Below, piece after piece: positions 1 to 12,092 of a DNA stretch of 64,000 nt (position 1 is the stretch's first letter; each line of letters opens with the position of its first letter). Both the position numbers and the translations under genes were made by a program. Under the pieces are notes generated by a model. That model was not told the origin of the DNA. It was given only the letters and a program-made list of their open reading frames with translations, and searched no databases. Location: contig NC_043002.1 in the NCBI RefSeq assembly GCF_006345805.1, positions 81,220,001-81,284,000 of the forward strand, written 5' to 3'. The DNA comes from Octopus sinensis. Its lineage: Eukaryota.

Positions 1-360
1 TTATTATGTATATAGGGTGGGTGGTACTCATGATTATCAAAGAGCTTTATCGAAAGTTTTCCTCTGTACATTTGAAGAAAACCCTAGTGCGATGGTCGTC
101 GTCCGCTCTGCCATTTATTCACCAAGCGAGTTCTTCACCTTTTGCCAGTCGTGACAGAGGAAAATTCCAAAACAAAAGTCGCCAACATCTGCAGACATAT
201 TTCACTTCTTGCCTTCTCTCCATACCATGCTACCTTTCATCATACACAGCCTTTCATCTCTTGAGTTCCTATCTCTAAAAATTTCATTTTCATTCTCTAC
301 ATTTCCACCGCCATCACCATCAAACCCCATCCACATACACAGGCGCGCATCGCTCTCTTT

Positions 361-528
361 CACACACACAGACACACACACACACACACACATACACACA
401 CACAACCAACTACCAATACCTCCGACCCGCCATCACCATTTCTCTCATTCCCCACTATCTCTTATTGGCTCTCTCCTTTTTTCTCTCTCTTTCTGTCTCA
501 ATCACTTTCATTCTCTCTCTCTCTCTCT

Positions 529-578
<50 letters not shown>

Positions 579-636
579 TCTCAGTCTCTTCTTCTCTTCT
601 TCTTCTTTTCTCTCTCCCTCCATATATTATAATCTG

Positions 637-673
<37 letters not shown>

Positions 674-716
674 ATATATACATATATTAATATATATACA
701 TATGATATACATATAC

Positions 717-786
<70 letters not shown>

Positions 787-1199
787 TGTTCAGATAGATA
801 TACACACATAAACATACAGTATATTATATATATGATAGATACATATACCTATAATAATATGTATGTATGCTTGTATATATGTGTGTATGCACATGTACAC
901 ATACATGTATACATGCATATGCACAGATAGGAGATAAATCATAGTTATTCTCTCTCTCTCTCTCTTTCTTCCTCATTTTCCCTCACTCTTTCCTTTCAAC
1001 CTCTCTCTCTCTCTCTCTCTCTCTCTCATTCACTCTTTATCTATTTCTCTCACTTTCTCCCTCACCGATTCGCTCGCTCTAAGTTTCTCCTCAACTCAAT
1101 CACTCACCTACCTACTATTTTTACCAAATTCAAAATGCTCTCCTTTATTCATTCTACATCTGACGTAAGAACCGACCTGACCGCTTCCCCACTTCCACA

Positions 1200-1247
<48 letters not shown>

Positions 1248-1758
1248 ACACACATACACACACAGACACACACAAGCACAGAAAACGACTATCATATGAG
1301 CAAACTGTAAAAATGAAAATAACCACACACACACACACACACAACAGAATGTGCACACAATCACACAACCACACAGCCACACACACACACACACACACAA
1401 GAAATCATACGCATGCATGCTTAATTAAAAGCTCACGCGCAGACATTTACACATATATGAAGAAGCATAGGTATACATACATACATACATACATACATAC
1501 ATACAAATACACGTACATTCACACTCGCATTATATAATACACAGACTCATTCAAACCTTCAAATACACTCAATTGAACGCAGGAGACATGCGACATAATA
1601 GGCATATCTCTCTCCCCCTCTCCCTCTCCCTCCCCTTGTTTCTTCGTGTCTCTCTCACGCCCCCTCTCTCTCCCTCCCTCTCTCTTTTCTCCTACTCTCT
1701 TCCTCTGATTCTCAACTCCACTTCGGTCCATGTCTGTCTTCCTATCTCTATGCATCTT

Positions 1759-1851
<93 letters not shown>

Positions 1852-2024
1852 ACTCGCCATTTCTTTCTCTTTCTTTCATTCTTTCTTCTTAGTATCTTCT
1901 CAAATATTCGATCTGCCTGTCCTTCTTCTTTCTCCTCTCTCTCTCTCTCTCTCTATCTGTATATATTATACAACACACATATATATATATACACATATAC
2001 ATATATATATATATATATATATAT

Positions 2025-2061
<37 letters not shown>

Positions 2062-2086
2062 ATATATACACATACCACACACACAC

Positions 2087-2117
<31 letters not shown>

Positions 2118-2210
2118 ATATATATACCATATATATGTATGCATCTGTCTTTTTTTTGTCCTCGCCACTCTCACTCTCACTCTCTCTCTCTCTTTCCTTC
2201 GTTCCCCTTC
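361..2210. repeat. Microsatellite patchwork (CA, CT, TA, CATA)n
   Basis: Directly visible perfect and imperfect simple repeats; the ORF-track proteins here are HT/LS/YI runs. Confidence 0.95.
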
Positions 2211-2769
2211 TGTCGCCCTCTCTTTTGTTCTTTTTCTCCACCCTGATAGTTCTTCTCTCTGACTTCATCAATAACTTTGGACAATACTACGCTTCATTTA
2301 ATCCGAACCATTTACATGATCACTGCTATTTTCAACCACAACAACAACGAAAGTACGAACGACTTCGACAGCAACAACACCAACACCAACTTCAACCTGA
2401 ATAGTAACAACAACAAAAGCATCAACAGCTGCAAGTTCCTTTGACTTAAATGTTATATTTCCTTTTCAAGTACAGCATGTTGGGTTTGACTGGTTTTATA
2501 AGTCAATCTGCCTGGTCAGAATCATCAAAACTGGCTGAGACCGCTTAAGAAAGTTTGATATTGTATGAAGAACATTCGAGAAGCCGCTGCGCCAGTTGGC
2601 ATAGACCTATCTTCCAAAACAAAAGTTTACAATCCAAACAGAGATTTTCGATCACAGATCAATGATTAACAAGCAATATCCTTTCATATAACATCACATA
2701 GATCAAATGTTGTGGCTTTCTGAAAGGGGACACCAGCAGATTGCCTTCAATCAAAACGATATCGTCCAT

Positions 2770-3096
2770 AAGACAAGGGCAGGTGTTAGTGTTAGTATTG
2801 TTGTAGGTGGCGGCGTTGGCGGTGGCGTTGGCGGTGGCGTTGGCGGCGGCGGCGGTGGTGGTAGTTATATTGTTGATGTTATTATAGTTGTTGTGATGGC
2901 CACGCTGGGAGTTGTAGTTGTGGTGGTCGTAGTGGTGATGGTGATGGTGGTGGTGGTGGTGGCGGTGGTGGTGGTGGTGGTGGTGGTGGTGGTGGTGGTG
3001 GCGATGGTGCTGCTCCTGCTACTGCTTGTGGTGGTGCCGCTGCTGGTGGTTATACTATTGGTATTGTTATAGTTGTTGTGATAGTCATGCTGGAAG

Positions 3097-3136
<40 letters not shown>

Positions 3137-4230
3137 GGTGGTGGTGGTGGTGGTGGTGGTGGTGGTGGTGGTGGTGGTGGTGGTGGTGGTGGTGGTGGTG
3201 GTGGTGGTGGTGCCAGTGGTGCGGCTGATGCTGCTCCTGCTACTGCTGATGGTGCTGGTAGTGGTACCGATGTTGGTGGTTATACTATTGGTATTGTTAT
3301 AGTTGGCGGCGAGCTGGCAGAAACGTTAGCACGCCGGGCGAAATGCTTAGCGGTATTTCCTCTGCGTTACGTTGTGAGTTCAAATTCCGCCGAGGTCGAC
3401 TTTGCCTTTCATCCTTTCGGGGTCGATAAATTAAGTACCAATTACGCACTGGGGTCGATGTAATCGACTTAATACCTATGTCTGTCCTTGTTTTGTCCCC
3501 TCTGTGTTTAGCCCCTTGTGAGTAATAAAGAAATAGGTATTGTTATAGTTGTTGTGATAGTCATGCTGGCACTTGTTGTTGTGGTGCTGGTGGTGGTGAT
3601 GGTGGTACTGGTGGTGATAGTGGTATTATGTTGGTGGTGGTGGTATGGACTATTATTATGGCAAATGATGGCGCTGTTGATGATGCCATGGTGTTAAATT
3701 GCATGCGGTGTTAGGTATCTTCGATGTTGTGGAGTTGTAGTAGTCGTTGTTGGTGGTGGGAGGGGTGATGGTGATGGTGGTGGGTGGGGTGATGGTGGTG
3801 GTAATACAGGTGGTGGTGGTGGTGGTGGTGGGGTGATGATGGTGGTGATAGTAGCGCTACTGGTGAATGTTGTCGTTGTGGTAGTGATGAAGGTGATGGT
3901 ATTAGTGCAGGTGGTGAGGATGATGGTGGTAGTGAGAGAGGTGATGGTGGTGTTATTATTGGTGGTGGTGGTGGTGGTGGTGGTGGTGGTGGTGGTGGTG
4001 GTGTCACCATCACTGGCAGTAGTGTCGTGGCGGAGGGATTACATTGATTGTGGGGTGCTAGTTTTGGCTGTAATCAAGAATAGTGTGGTTATGGTGGTGG
4101 TGGGGGAGGTGACAGTGGTGGTGGTGGTGGTGGTGGCGGTGACGGTGGCGGTAGTGCTGGTGTTGGTGGTAGTGGTAGTGATCGTAGTAGTCGAGGTGGT
4201 GGTGGTGATGTTGGTTATCGAAGGTATCCC
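2770..4230. repeat. (GGT/GTT/GGC)n low-complexity trinucleotide region
   Basis: Long GGT/GTT runs, G-rich on the plus strand, with a locally duplicated ~50-bp unit at about 3046 and 3276. Confidence 0.95.
3306..3535 (+). mobile_element. tRNA-derived CORE-type SINE, full length, with 16-bp TSD
   Basis: Head GGCGAGCTGGCAGAAACGTTAGC; CORE-like GCCGAGGTCGACTTTGCCTTTCATCCTTTCGGGGTCGATAAA; direct repeat GGTATTGTTATAGTTG at 3290-3305 and 3536-3551. Confidence 0.85.
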
Positions 4231-4574
4231 AGCTGTGACCATCCTGTCTCTTATGGTTATTTTGGAGTGCATTATCGGTGTATTTCCCTTTCCCAAAATA
4301 GTACGGTGAAATTTGAGGGAGAAATCACTGTTATTTCATGTAGGTGAAGTGACTAAGTAATTTGATTGCTGATGCCATCTGATCGGATTTGTTGTAGCTG
4401 AAAACACCTCTCTCATTTGCTGTTTGTGTGCTACCCTCTTTTTCTGTGAGGTGAGAAGGTTACTTGATGAGTTAGCTAGAAGGCATGGTCACGGCCTTCG
4501 CAGGCCTTTCTGAACAACTGAGATTAAATCCATTAATGCTTCTTTTAAACAAGATGACGTACTACCAAAACAGC

Positions 4575-4690
4575 TAAGGCGTGGGACGAAATGTCTTATG
4601 ACATTTGTTCTAGATCTTTACGTCCTGAGCTCAAATCCCGTCGAAGTCAACTTTGCCACATGTATCGGGGTCATATAATCGACTATTCTC
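4575..4690 (+). mobile_element. Degenerate CORE-type SINE fragment
   Basis: GAGCTCAAATCCCGTCGAAGTCAACTTTGCC...GGGGTCATATAATCGACT resembles 3306-3535. Confidence 0.55.
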
Positions 4691-4779
4691 TTTGTCAAAT
4701 GTCAAGCCTTGTGATTATGTTAGAAACAATTAATGTTCCTCTTAAATCTTTGCAAGGAAATATATGAGCAGGGAGAGAA

Positions 4780-5040
4780 TTCCAGAGAGCCAAGGTCTTA
4801 GGAAATGAAAGAAATAGGCGTAGTGATTAACGTGGGGCCTAGAGAGGAACACAACAAGGACGATGAGAGGAGGAGAGATGAGCAAATTGAGAATACCTGA
4901 GTAGAGGTTGCATGAGCCTAGTTAGCTCCAAGGTGAGGAAAAGACCAATATATTAGCGGTAGAAAAGCAAATAAAAGAGAGTGATGCCTGTAGGCCATAG
5001 ACTAGAATATGTCAGTTAGTGATTTTATGGTAATCATTTG
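4780..5040 (-). mobile_element. Possible decayed L2/CR1-type endonuclease fragment
   Basis: The minus strand reads AATATATTGGTCTTTTCCTCACC, resembling the NxLDLFLT motif; heavily decayed. Confidence 0.25.
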
Positions 5041-5985
5041 GGTGCCTGTGTTATGTCCTAGCTTTATCTAGCTAATGCTGATGCATCAGTAACTTAATAA
5101 AACTCAGACGAGGCCCACAGAGAAGTATTGCTCTTACATCAGGGACAGCGTTACTGCTGCACATACAGTTATCTTACACCGCATCCAGAAAAGGGACCAA
5201 CAGCTGATTAGCACAGCTCTGTTATTTTATGTCCAGCTCTATCCTAATTTAGCTGACCAATGATCAAAGGTGTTTCAAGTGTAATCATCCGATGTCTTTT
5301 ATATTTCAGGCATACTATATATAAAGGACTATATTATCGAATATATTTTGTCTTACTTAAGCCGGTAGGGTGTAATTTGAAAGTGACATGGCTGATACTT
5401 AGAGACATACTGTTCCTACTAAGTTGTCACTTAGACTCCAGTAGCAGCCACATTTCTTAAAATGTTAATTAAAAAAAAAAGGAAATGTCTCACCCATGAA
5501 AAACAGACGGGGTAATTACAGCCGGATTGTCTTTCATTATAAGTATGTTGGATGAGGGCTTATCTGGAGGCTAAAAATCTGTAACAAGACCTTCATAATC
5601 ACTTAAGCCAACGCGTGTGTCTACATGGTCGCTCGGTCTGTTAAAAATAATAGTCACATCTCCCTTAAATAATAAATTACTGTCTTAGAATAACACACGT
5701 TGACGTGTATAATTTAATTATATAGTTGTACAGTCTAGAAAAACATATAAGATGGAAATGTTATGGCTAGAAGGCCTTGGATAATAACAATTTCCTCGAT
5801 CAGGATCGATCTATATTAAACAACAACAACAATTGTAGCAGCAACAGCAGCAACCACAACAACACATGGAGCTACACTAGCATCTGTATATCATATTTAA
5901 TGCCAATATATCACGGAGAGCTAAATTAACTACAGTATTCTTTCAGAGACTTAATCCTTTATAGATGTATATATTAGTAGTTGAC

Positions 5986-6147
5986 GAAAATCGTCCAACA
6001 GCGGCATCCTTTTTATTCAGCCGGGTCAGTGCATATCAGTGGCGACGGATTTGTCTTGACCTGCGGTTGCCAGCGGCTACATACTGCTGACGGAGCCCAC
6101 CAAAAGGCAGAATCTAGCCTTCTCATCCCCGCTGCTGGACGGTTTTC
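5986..6147. mobile_element. MITE-like element with 19-bp terminal inverted repeats
   Basis: GAAAATCGTCCAACAGCGG (5986-6004) versus CCGCTGCTGGACGGTTTTC (6129-6147), two mismatches; GC-rich interior in AT-rich DNA; no TSD resolved. Confidence 0.45.
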
Positions 6148-7219
6148 CTTTGCTTCTGATATATTTTTATATTTTTGTGCTATTCAACACAGTAGGTTCT
6201 TAAGATATTTAATTTATGGACTAATACTGTATTCAATCATATTTTCCGTGATGTATTTGCATTAAGTATGATACACGGGTTGCTATTTTACTCTTATACT
6301 GATTTTGTTGCTCATAATGAACAACTATACTAGATTTAGTAATACACCATCATTTTTTTTAAAGGTAACTCATTGAATGCGTGAACTAAAGGGAAATCTA
6401 AATTGTAATTACCTTCTTAGAAAGAGAGAGAGAGGGGGGAGAGAGAGAGAGACTAACAGCAAAATATGTATTCTATAGCTCTATATTTTATAGCCTTAGC
6501 AAATATGTCGACCAGTTTACGTAAATTTTCCAACACAGAATATATACAACAGCATCGTATATAACATAACCATAATCGAAAGCCACAGTTTTTTACCAAG
6601 CTGCTTAATCACACGGTCATTTTTCGCTTATTAAATGGTGGTCATGAGATGTACTAAAAATAATAGCTAAATGCACGACTTTTTTTTTGCATAGGCGTAT
6701 GAATTTTTGTTTGTAGAATACAAATACGTAAAAAAAATTTCTGAAAATTCCAAAAAAATTTTAAATGTTATGGGGGATTATATGCGTAAAGTAGAATTTT
6801 TTCCAATATTTCATGTTCACAGTTTAAAAGACGTGCACTTACGCACAAAATGACAACTTCCAAATCCTGTCTTCTGACTGGGTAAAAATGAGCCAACTTT
6901 TTTTTTCTTTTTTTTTTTTTAATTTCTGGAAAAAGTGAATTATCTCCTGAGATTCAGCGTGGAAAATTACATCAGAACTCCAAATTTCCTAATTCAAAAA
7001 TTTTCACTAAACTTTTAATACCTCCACAGCTGCAGCCAACCAGAAAAGACCCGAATTCTATGATAAAGGGCTTCCATTTAAGACCATCTCGTCTTTTTGA
7101 TGGTATAATGTATTTAGGAATACATTATTACCCAACGTATATTTTCCATTCGCAGAAAGGGTACGTTGTGATTTGAACGATTCTTAGCTGCTGCTTTCCG
7201 CAGGTCAAGCATTTTTATT

Positions 7220-7822
7220 AATATCTGGTGGTGGTGGTGGTGCTGGTGCTGGTGCTGGTGGTGCTGGTAGTGGTGGTGCTGGTGCTGGTGGTGCTGGTGC
7301 TGGTGGCGACGGTGGCGTAATGATGGTAGCATGTTGATAGTAATGGTGATGTTAATGGCGATGGTGGTGGTGATGGTGATGGAGACGGTGGTGATGGTGT
7401 TGGTCAATCTGCTAGTGGTGATGGTGACGTGGAGATAGTGTGGATTGGTTAGTGGTCAAGGTGATAGTGGTGATTCTGGTGTTGATGGTGACGGTGGTTG
7501 TGATAACAGTGGTGATGTTGTGATAACAGTGATGCTGTCAGTGATGGTGGTGGTGGTATGGTGGTGGGGGTAGTGATAGTGATGGGGTGATCTTGCTCAA
7601 AATCATAGTGATTATGATGGCGATGATGATGATGATGATGTCGTTGATGACGGGTGGTTGGGGGGATGATGATGATGGCGTCGGTGGTTCTTTATTGATG
7701 TGTTGTGATATGTATTAAGTGATATTTGGTTTTGTTGCAGTGATATGATGGTAATAAAGATGATGGGGGGGGGGGAGAATTGATTGCCATAACGGTGGTG
7801 GCAGAGGTAGAGGCGGTGTTGC

Positions 7823-7853
<31 letters not shown>

Positions 7854-7980
7854 GAAGGAGGCAGCATCATTATTCGCATTATTCTTGTTGTTGTCCTTAC
7901 TATTGTGCTTGGAGACGGTACTTGTTGTTGTTGTTGTTGTTGTTGTTGCTGCTGCTGCTGCTGATGTTATTTCAGTAGCG
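7220..7980. repeat. (GGT/GAT/GTT/GCT)n low-complexity region
   Basis: Visible trinucleotide runs. Confidence 0.9.
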
Positions 7981-8902
7981 GTGGATCGAGGAAAGCTTAA
8001 ATTGTCGAGATTGAAGTCAATAAAATAAGGTGGACTGGTTTAGGTATACAGAACGGGTGGCGCGGGGGGTGGTGTGAGAGACTAGGTATGCGTAGGGAGT
8101 AGGTGGGATATACTGCCAGATACAAAAAAGGACTGACATCAGTCAAGTCCGTCCCTGTTTAACCTCGGTTGACCTTTGCTGTTTAATTTTGACCTCTGAT
8201 TCGAATGCAGAGAGACAGAGGGGATATTTTTTTTACGCTACACTGAGCACAACACGACAGTCAAATTGGACATTGGATAAACAGGTTTTCATTATAGATA
8301 ATTCAGCTGGCCAGCCGAATTATCCTTCGAGCATAACAAACTCACGCACATACAAAACGCACACACACGAAGACACACGTATATATATACATAAATGCAC
8401 ATGCGCAAACACACACGCGTATATAAGACATACGTACAGACACAAGAACACAAGAACATACACTCACGTATACAATAGATATACGTGTGTATATGCCTAT
8501 GTCATCCGTATATGCGCGCGTGTGTGTGTGCTGTGTAGATTGTATTATATTTATTCATTGTGAGATATACACATTAAAGGAATCATTACATCACAGCCGG
8601 CGATGTGTACAATGCATATGTTCGTATACATGCGTAATTACACACATGCATATTTGCAATCGTTCTCACAAGTCTATTCGCACATATACACAAGCTTGAA
8701 TAGGAAATACGAATCTATCTATCCTTTTGTCTGTTCACTTTATCTGTCTATCTTTCACTGTCTTCAGCTCTTTCAGTACTCTCTCTTTCTCTCACTCTCT
8801 CTCTCTCTCACCTTTCTTCTCTCTCTTTCTCTCTCTCCCTCTACTTTCCCCTGTCTCTCTCTTTCTGTTCCTCTTCTCTCCCCTCTCTCACTTTAATATA
8901 TT

Positions 8903-9293
8903 CTCTTTTACTCTTTTACTTGTTTCAATCATTTGACTGTGGCCATACTGGAGCACCTCCTTCATTCGAGCAAATCGACCCCAGGACTTATTTATTTGTA
9001 AGCCTAGTACTTATTCTATCGGTTTCTTTTGCTGAACCGCTAAGTTACACGGCCGTAAACGGTTGTCAAGTGATGTTGGGGAACAAACACAGATACACAA
9101 ACACACACACACACACACACATATACGTATATACAACGGGCTACTTTCAGTTTCCGTCTACCAAATCCACTCACAGGGCTTTGGTCGCCCCGAGGCTATA
9201 GTGGAAGACACTTGCCCAAGGTGCCATGCAATGGGACTGAACTCGGAACCATGTGATTCGTAAGTAAGCTACTTACCACACAGCCACTCCTAC
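8903..9293 (-). mobile_element. Dominant tRNA-derived SINE (family A) with internal (CA/TA)n
   Basis: Reverse complement of the 11686-12092 copy: (CTCTTTTA)n tail, stem-loop, CORE-like block, microsatellite, tRNA-like head ending CAGCCACTCCT. Confidence 0.9.
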
Positions 9294-9333
9294 ATATGTA
9301 TGTTTTTCTCTTCTCATATTCTACTTGTGCCCG

Positions 9334-9590
9334 CCGTTTGACTGTGTCTATGCTGAAGCACCACCTTGGAGCGATTTTAGTCGAACAAATCGACCCCGGG
9401 ACTTATTTGTTTGAAGCCTCGTACTAATTCTATCGATCTCATTTGCCGAACCGTAACATGTCGTGGACGTAAACACAACAATATTGGTTGTCAAGCAGTG
9501 ATTGGGAGGACAAACACAGACTCGAAGAACACAAACATAGATTTTTACATCCATCCATCCATCCATCCATCCATACATACATACATACAT

Positions 9591-9621
<31 letters not shown>

Positions 9622-9800
9622 ATATATATATATATATATTATAATACAAAATGGGACAAGAACGCAAAATATATATATACTACAGGCTTCGTTCAGTTTC
9701 CGTCTACCAAATCCATTGAAAAGGGCTTTGCCTGAGGCAGTAGTAGAAGACACTTGCCTCAGGTACCACGCAGTAGGACTGAAGGTGTAGCCATGTGGTT
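9334..9800 (-). mobile_element. SINE family A, diverged copy
   Basis: TTTGACTGTGTCTATGCTGAAGCACC tail block through GTAGAAGACACTTGCCTCAGGTACCACGCAGTAGGACTGAA head block. Confidence 0.85.
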
Positions 9801-9803
9801 GGG

Positions 9804-9875
9804 TGGATGTTAGTGTAATGGTAGCACACCTGTCGTGAATACATAGAGGTATGGGTTCGAGTCCCATGCATACAA
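9804..9875 (+). pseudogene. tRNA-like 72-nt cloverleaf (tRNA pseudogene or isolated SINE head)
   Basis: Acceptor TGGATGT/GCATACA (one mismatch), D arm GTGT-AATGGTA-GCAC, perfect T arm ATGGG-TTCGAGT-CCCAT; anticodon stem only 3 of 5 bp, loop CGTGAAT. Confidence 0.5.
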
Positions 9876-10044
9876 CAAACTCTAATTTTTTTTTTCCGTC
9901 GAGGGCTTATATGCACCAATATTAGACTATTTACTTTAGTCAATGCGTTCTGATCGCTTATAAACTTTTAGCTTATAAAATATCATTCGGCACCGCTTAC
10001 CCAAGTAATCGCAGAAAACGCACATGGAAAGTTTGTTTATATTA

Positions 10045-10413
10045 GTTTTTTCTTTTATTTGTTTCAGTCATTTGACTGTGGCCATGCTAGAACACCGCCT
10101 TTTGGCGAACAAATCAACACCAGGACTTATTCTTTGTAAGCCTCGTACTTATTCTATTGGCCTCTTTTTGCCAAACCGCTAAGTTATGAGGACGTAAACA
10201 CACCAGCATCGGTTGCCAAGTGATGGTGGGGAACAAACAAACACGCACATATATACGACAGGCTTCTTTCAGTTTCCGTCTACCAAATTCACTCAGAAGG
10301 CTTTAGTCGGCCCAAGGCTGTAGTAGAAGACACCTGCCCAAGGTTCCACGCAGTGGGACTGAACCCGAAAAGATGTGGTTGATAAGCAATCTACTTACCA
10401 CACGGTCATTCCT
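10045..10413 (-). mobile_element. SINE family A
   Basis: Tail TTTCTTTTATTTGTTTCAGTCATTTGACTGTGGCCATGCT through head CTACTTACCACACGGTCATTCCT. Confidence 0.9.
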
Positions 10414-10454
10414 TTCTCCTCTTCTCTTTCACTTTAATATATATTATTGGGCAG

Positions 10455-10565
10455 GGTGGCGAGCTGTCAGAATCGTTACCGCACCGGTAACGGTTCTGAG
10501 TTCAAATTCTGCCAAGGTCGACTATGCCTTTCATCCTTTCGAGATCGATGTAATCGACTTGATTC
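10455..10565 (+). mobile_element. CORE-type SINE fragment, internally deleted
   Basis: GGCGAGCTGTCAGAATCGTTA...GCCAAGGTCGACTATGCCTTTCATCCTTTCGAG. Confidence 0.75.
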
Positions 10566-11685
10566 ATTTGTCTGTTACCACGTATCTCATCCTCGCCGAA
10601 GAGATCACAGAATGTGTGACGAAAGATTCCAGACAAAGGACACTAAAATAAGAACAACGAAAAGCTGAAGTAAAGAACGAATATTTAGTGCGTGTGTCTA
10701 TTTAGCAAAAAAGGAAAATGACCAACCTAAAATATAACATCTGTTTCAAGCCACGATTCCACATAAGGAATCTTACAAAACAAACGCATAAACGACTCAT
10801 TCTAGCCATTTAAGACACAGAAACTCTTAACTTCATTTAATCATCTATTACATGTTTTATGTAATGGTTAAAATATCCCTTGGTTTTACTAAAGAATCAG
10901 GTATATCATTGCATAATATATACAGCGTGTTCATTAGTAGAAGTAACAAAAGAAACCAACTTTAAAATAAAAGCCGGACTTTATTCCTTCGTAAAGTGGT
11001 AAAGTGGATCAAATTAAGATAATTTACAAATTCTGGTGGTTGTTGTTCATCCATCGTTTTGATTCAGCTTGGGTTGTCATTGGTTACATGAGCTCCATTA
11101 TTTCTCCTCTGAAAATGGCAGGGTCTGTATAACACTCTTGATGAAAAAATCTCACTCCTCTGACTCGTAATTAATTTGTGGCACCAATTTTGGGGAAAAA
11201 AATAGAGACTCCAGAACCCATATAGGGTTAGTCGTTTAAAATATATTACGAGGAATGTGATTGGACCTTCGACCCACTTCCGGTGCAACACTCAACTAAT
11301 CACAACACAGGGCTCAATAAATGTCTGATAACTCATATGATAGGTATGTTAACCAATCACTACAGGTTAACGTGATGAGCCTACATAAGCCAACTTAATT
11401 CTTTCAAATATGCAACAATAGAAATTGGTCTCGTGACACATGGTGCCCTTATTTTGGTCACATTGCCTGCAACTTGTTCACAGACGTTGTTGCACTACAA
11501 ATGATTGAAGACTTCATTGCTAGCTAGTAACTTTGGGTCTCAGGGTTTTAAATTTAAGATTTAAAAGCGTTTTTCATTTATAATTTTAAAGTTTAAAATT
11601 GCAATCTCATACAACGTTGTTTAAATATATTTGCAGCTCCCACAACATATAAAAATGTTTGAAAGTTTATAATTATTAAGATATA

Positions 11686-12092
11686 GGCGCAGGAGTGGCT
11701 GTGTGGTAAGTAGCATGCTAACCAACCACATGGTTCCGGGTTCAGTCCCACTGTTGGCATCTTGGGCAAGTGTCTTCTGCTATAGCCCCGGGCCGACCAA
11801 TGCCTTGTGAGTGGATTTGGTAGACGGAAACTGAAAGAAGCCTGTCGTATATATGTATATATATATATATAAGTGTATGTGTTTGTGTGTCTGTGTTTGT
11901 TCCCCTAGCATTGCTTGACAACCGATGCTGGCGTGTTTACGTCCCCGTCACTTAGCGGTTCGGCAAAAGAGACCGATAGAATAAGTACTGGGCTTACAAA
12001 GTATAAGTCCCGGGGTCGATTTGCTCGACTAAAGGCGGTGCTCCAGCATGGCCGCAGTCAAATGATTGAAACAAGTAAAAGAGTAAAAGAGA
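11686..12092 (+). mobile_element. SINE family A, full length and well preserved
   Basis: A-box-like GGCTGTGTGGTAAG, B-box-like GGTTCAGTCCC, internal (TA/TG)n, tail GGCGGTGCTCCAGCATGGCCGCAGTCAAATGATTGAAACAA-(GTAAAAGA)2. Confidence 0.92.

Noticed and set aside
6-278. 90-aa ORF at the window start
   Set aside because: No recognisable domain, and no frame on either strand gave a supportable gene call.
6620-7025. Possible non-autonomous DNA transposon
   Set aside because: The composition is suggestive, but no convincing TIR pair or TSD was found.
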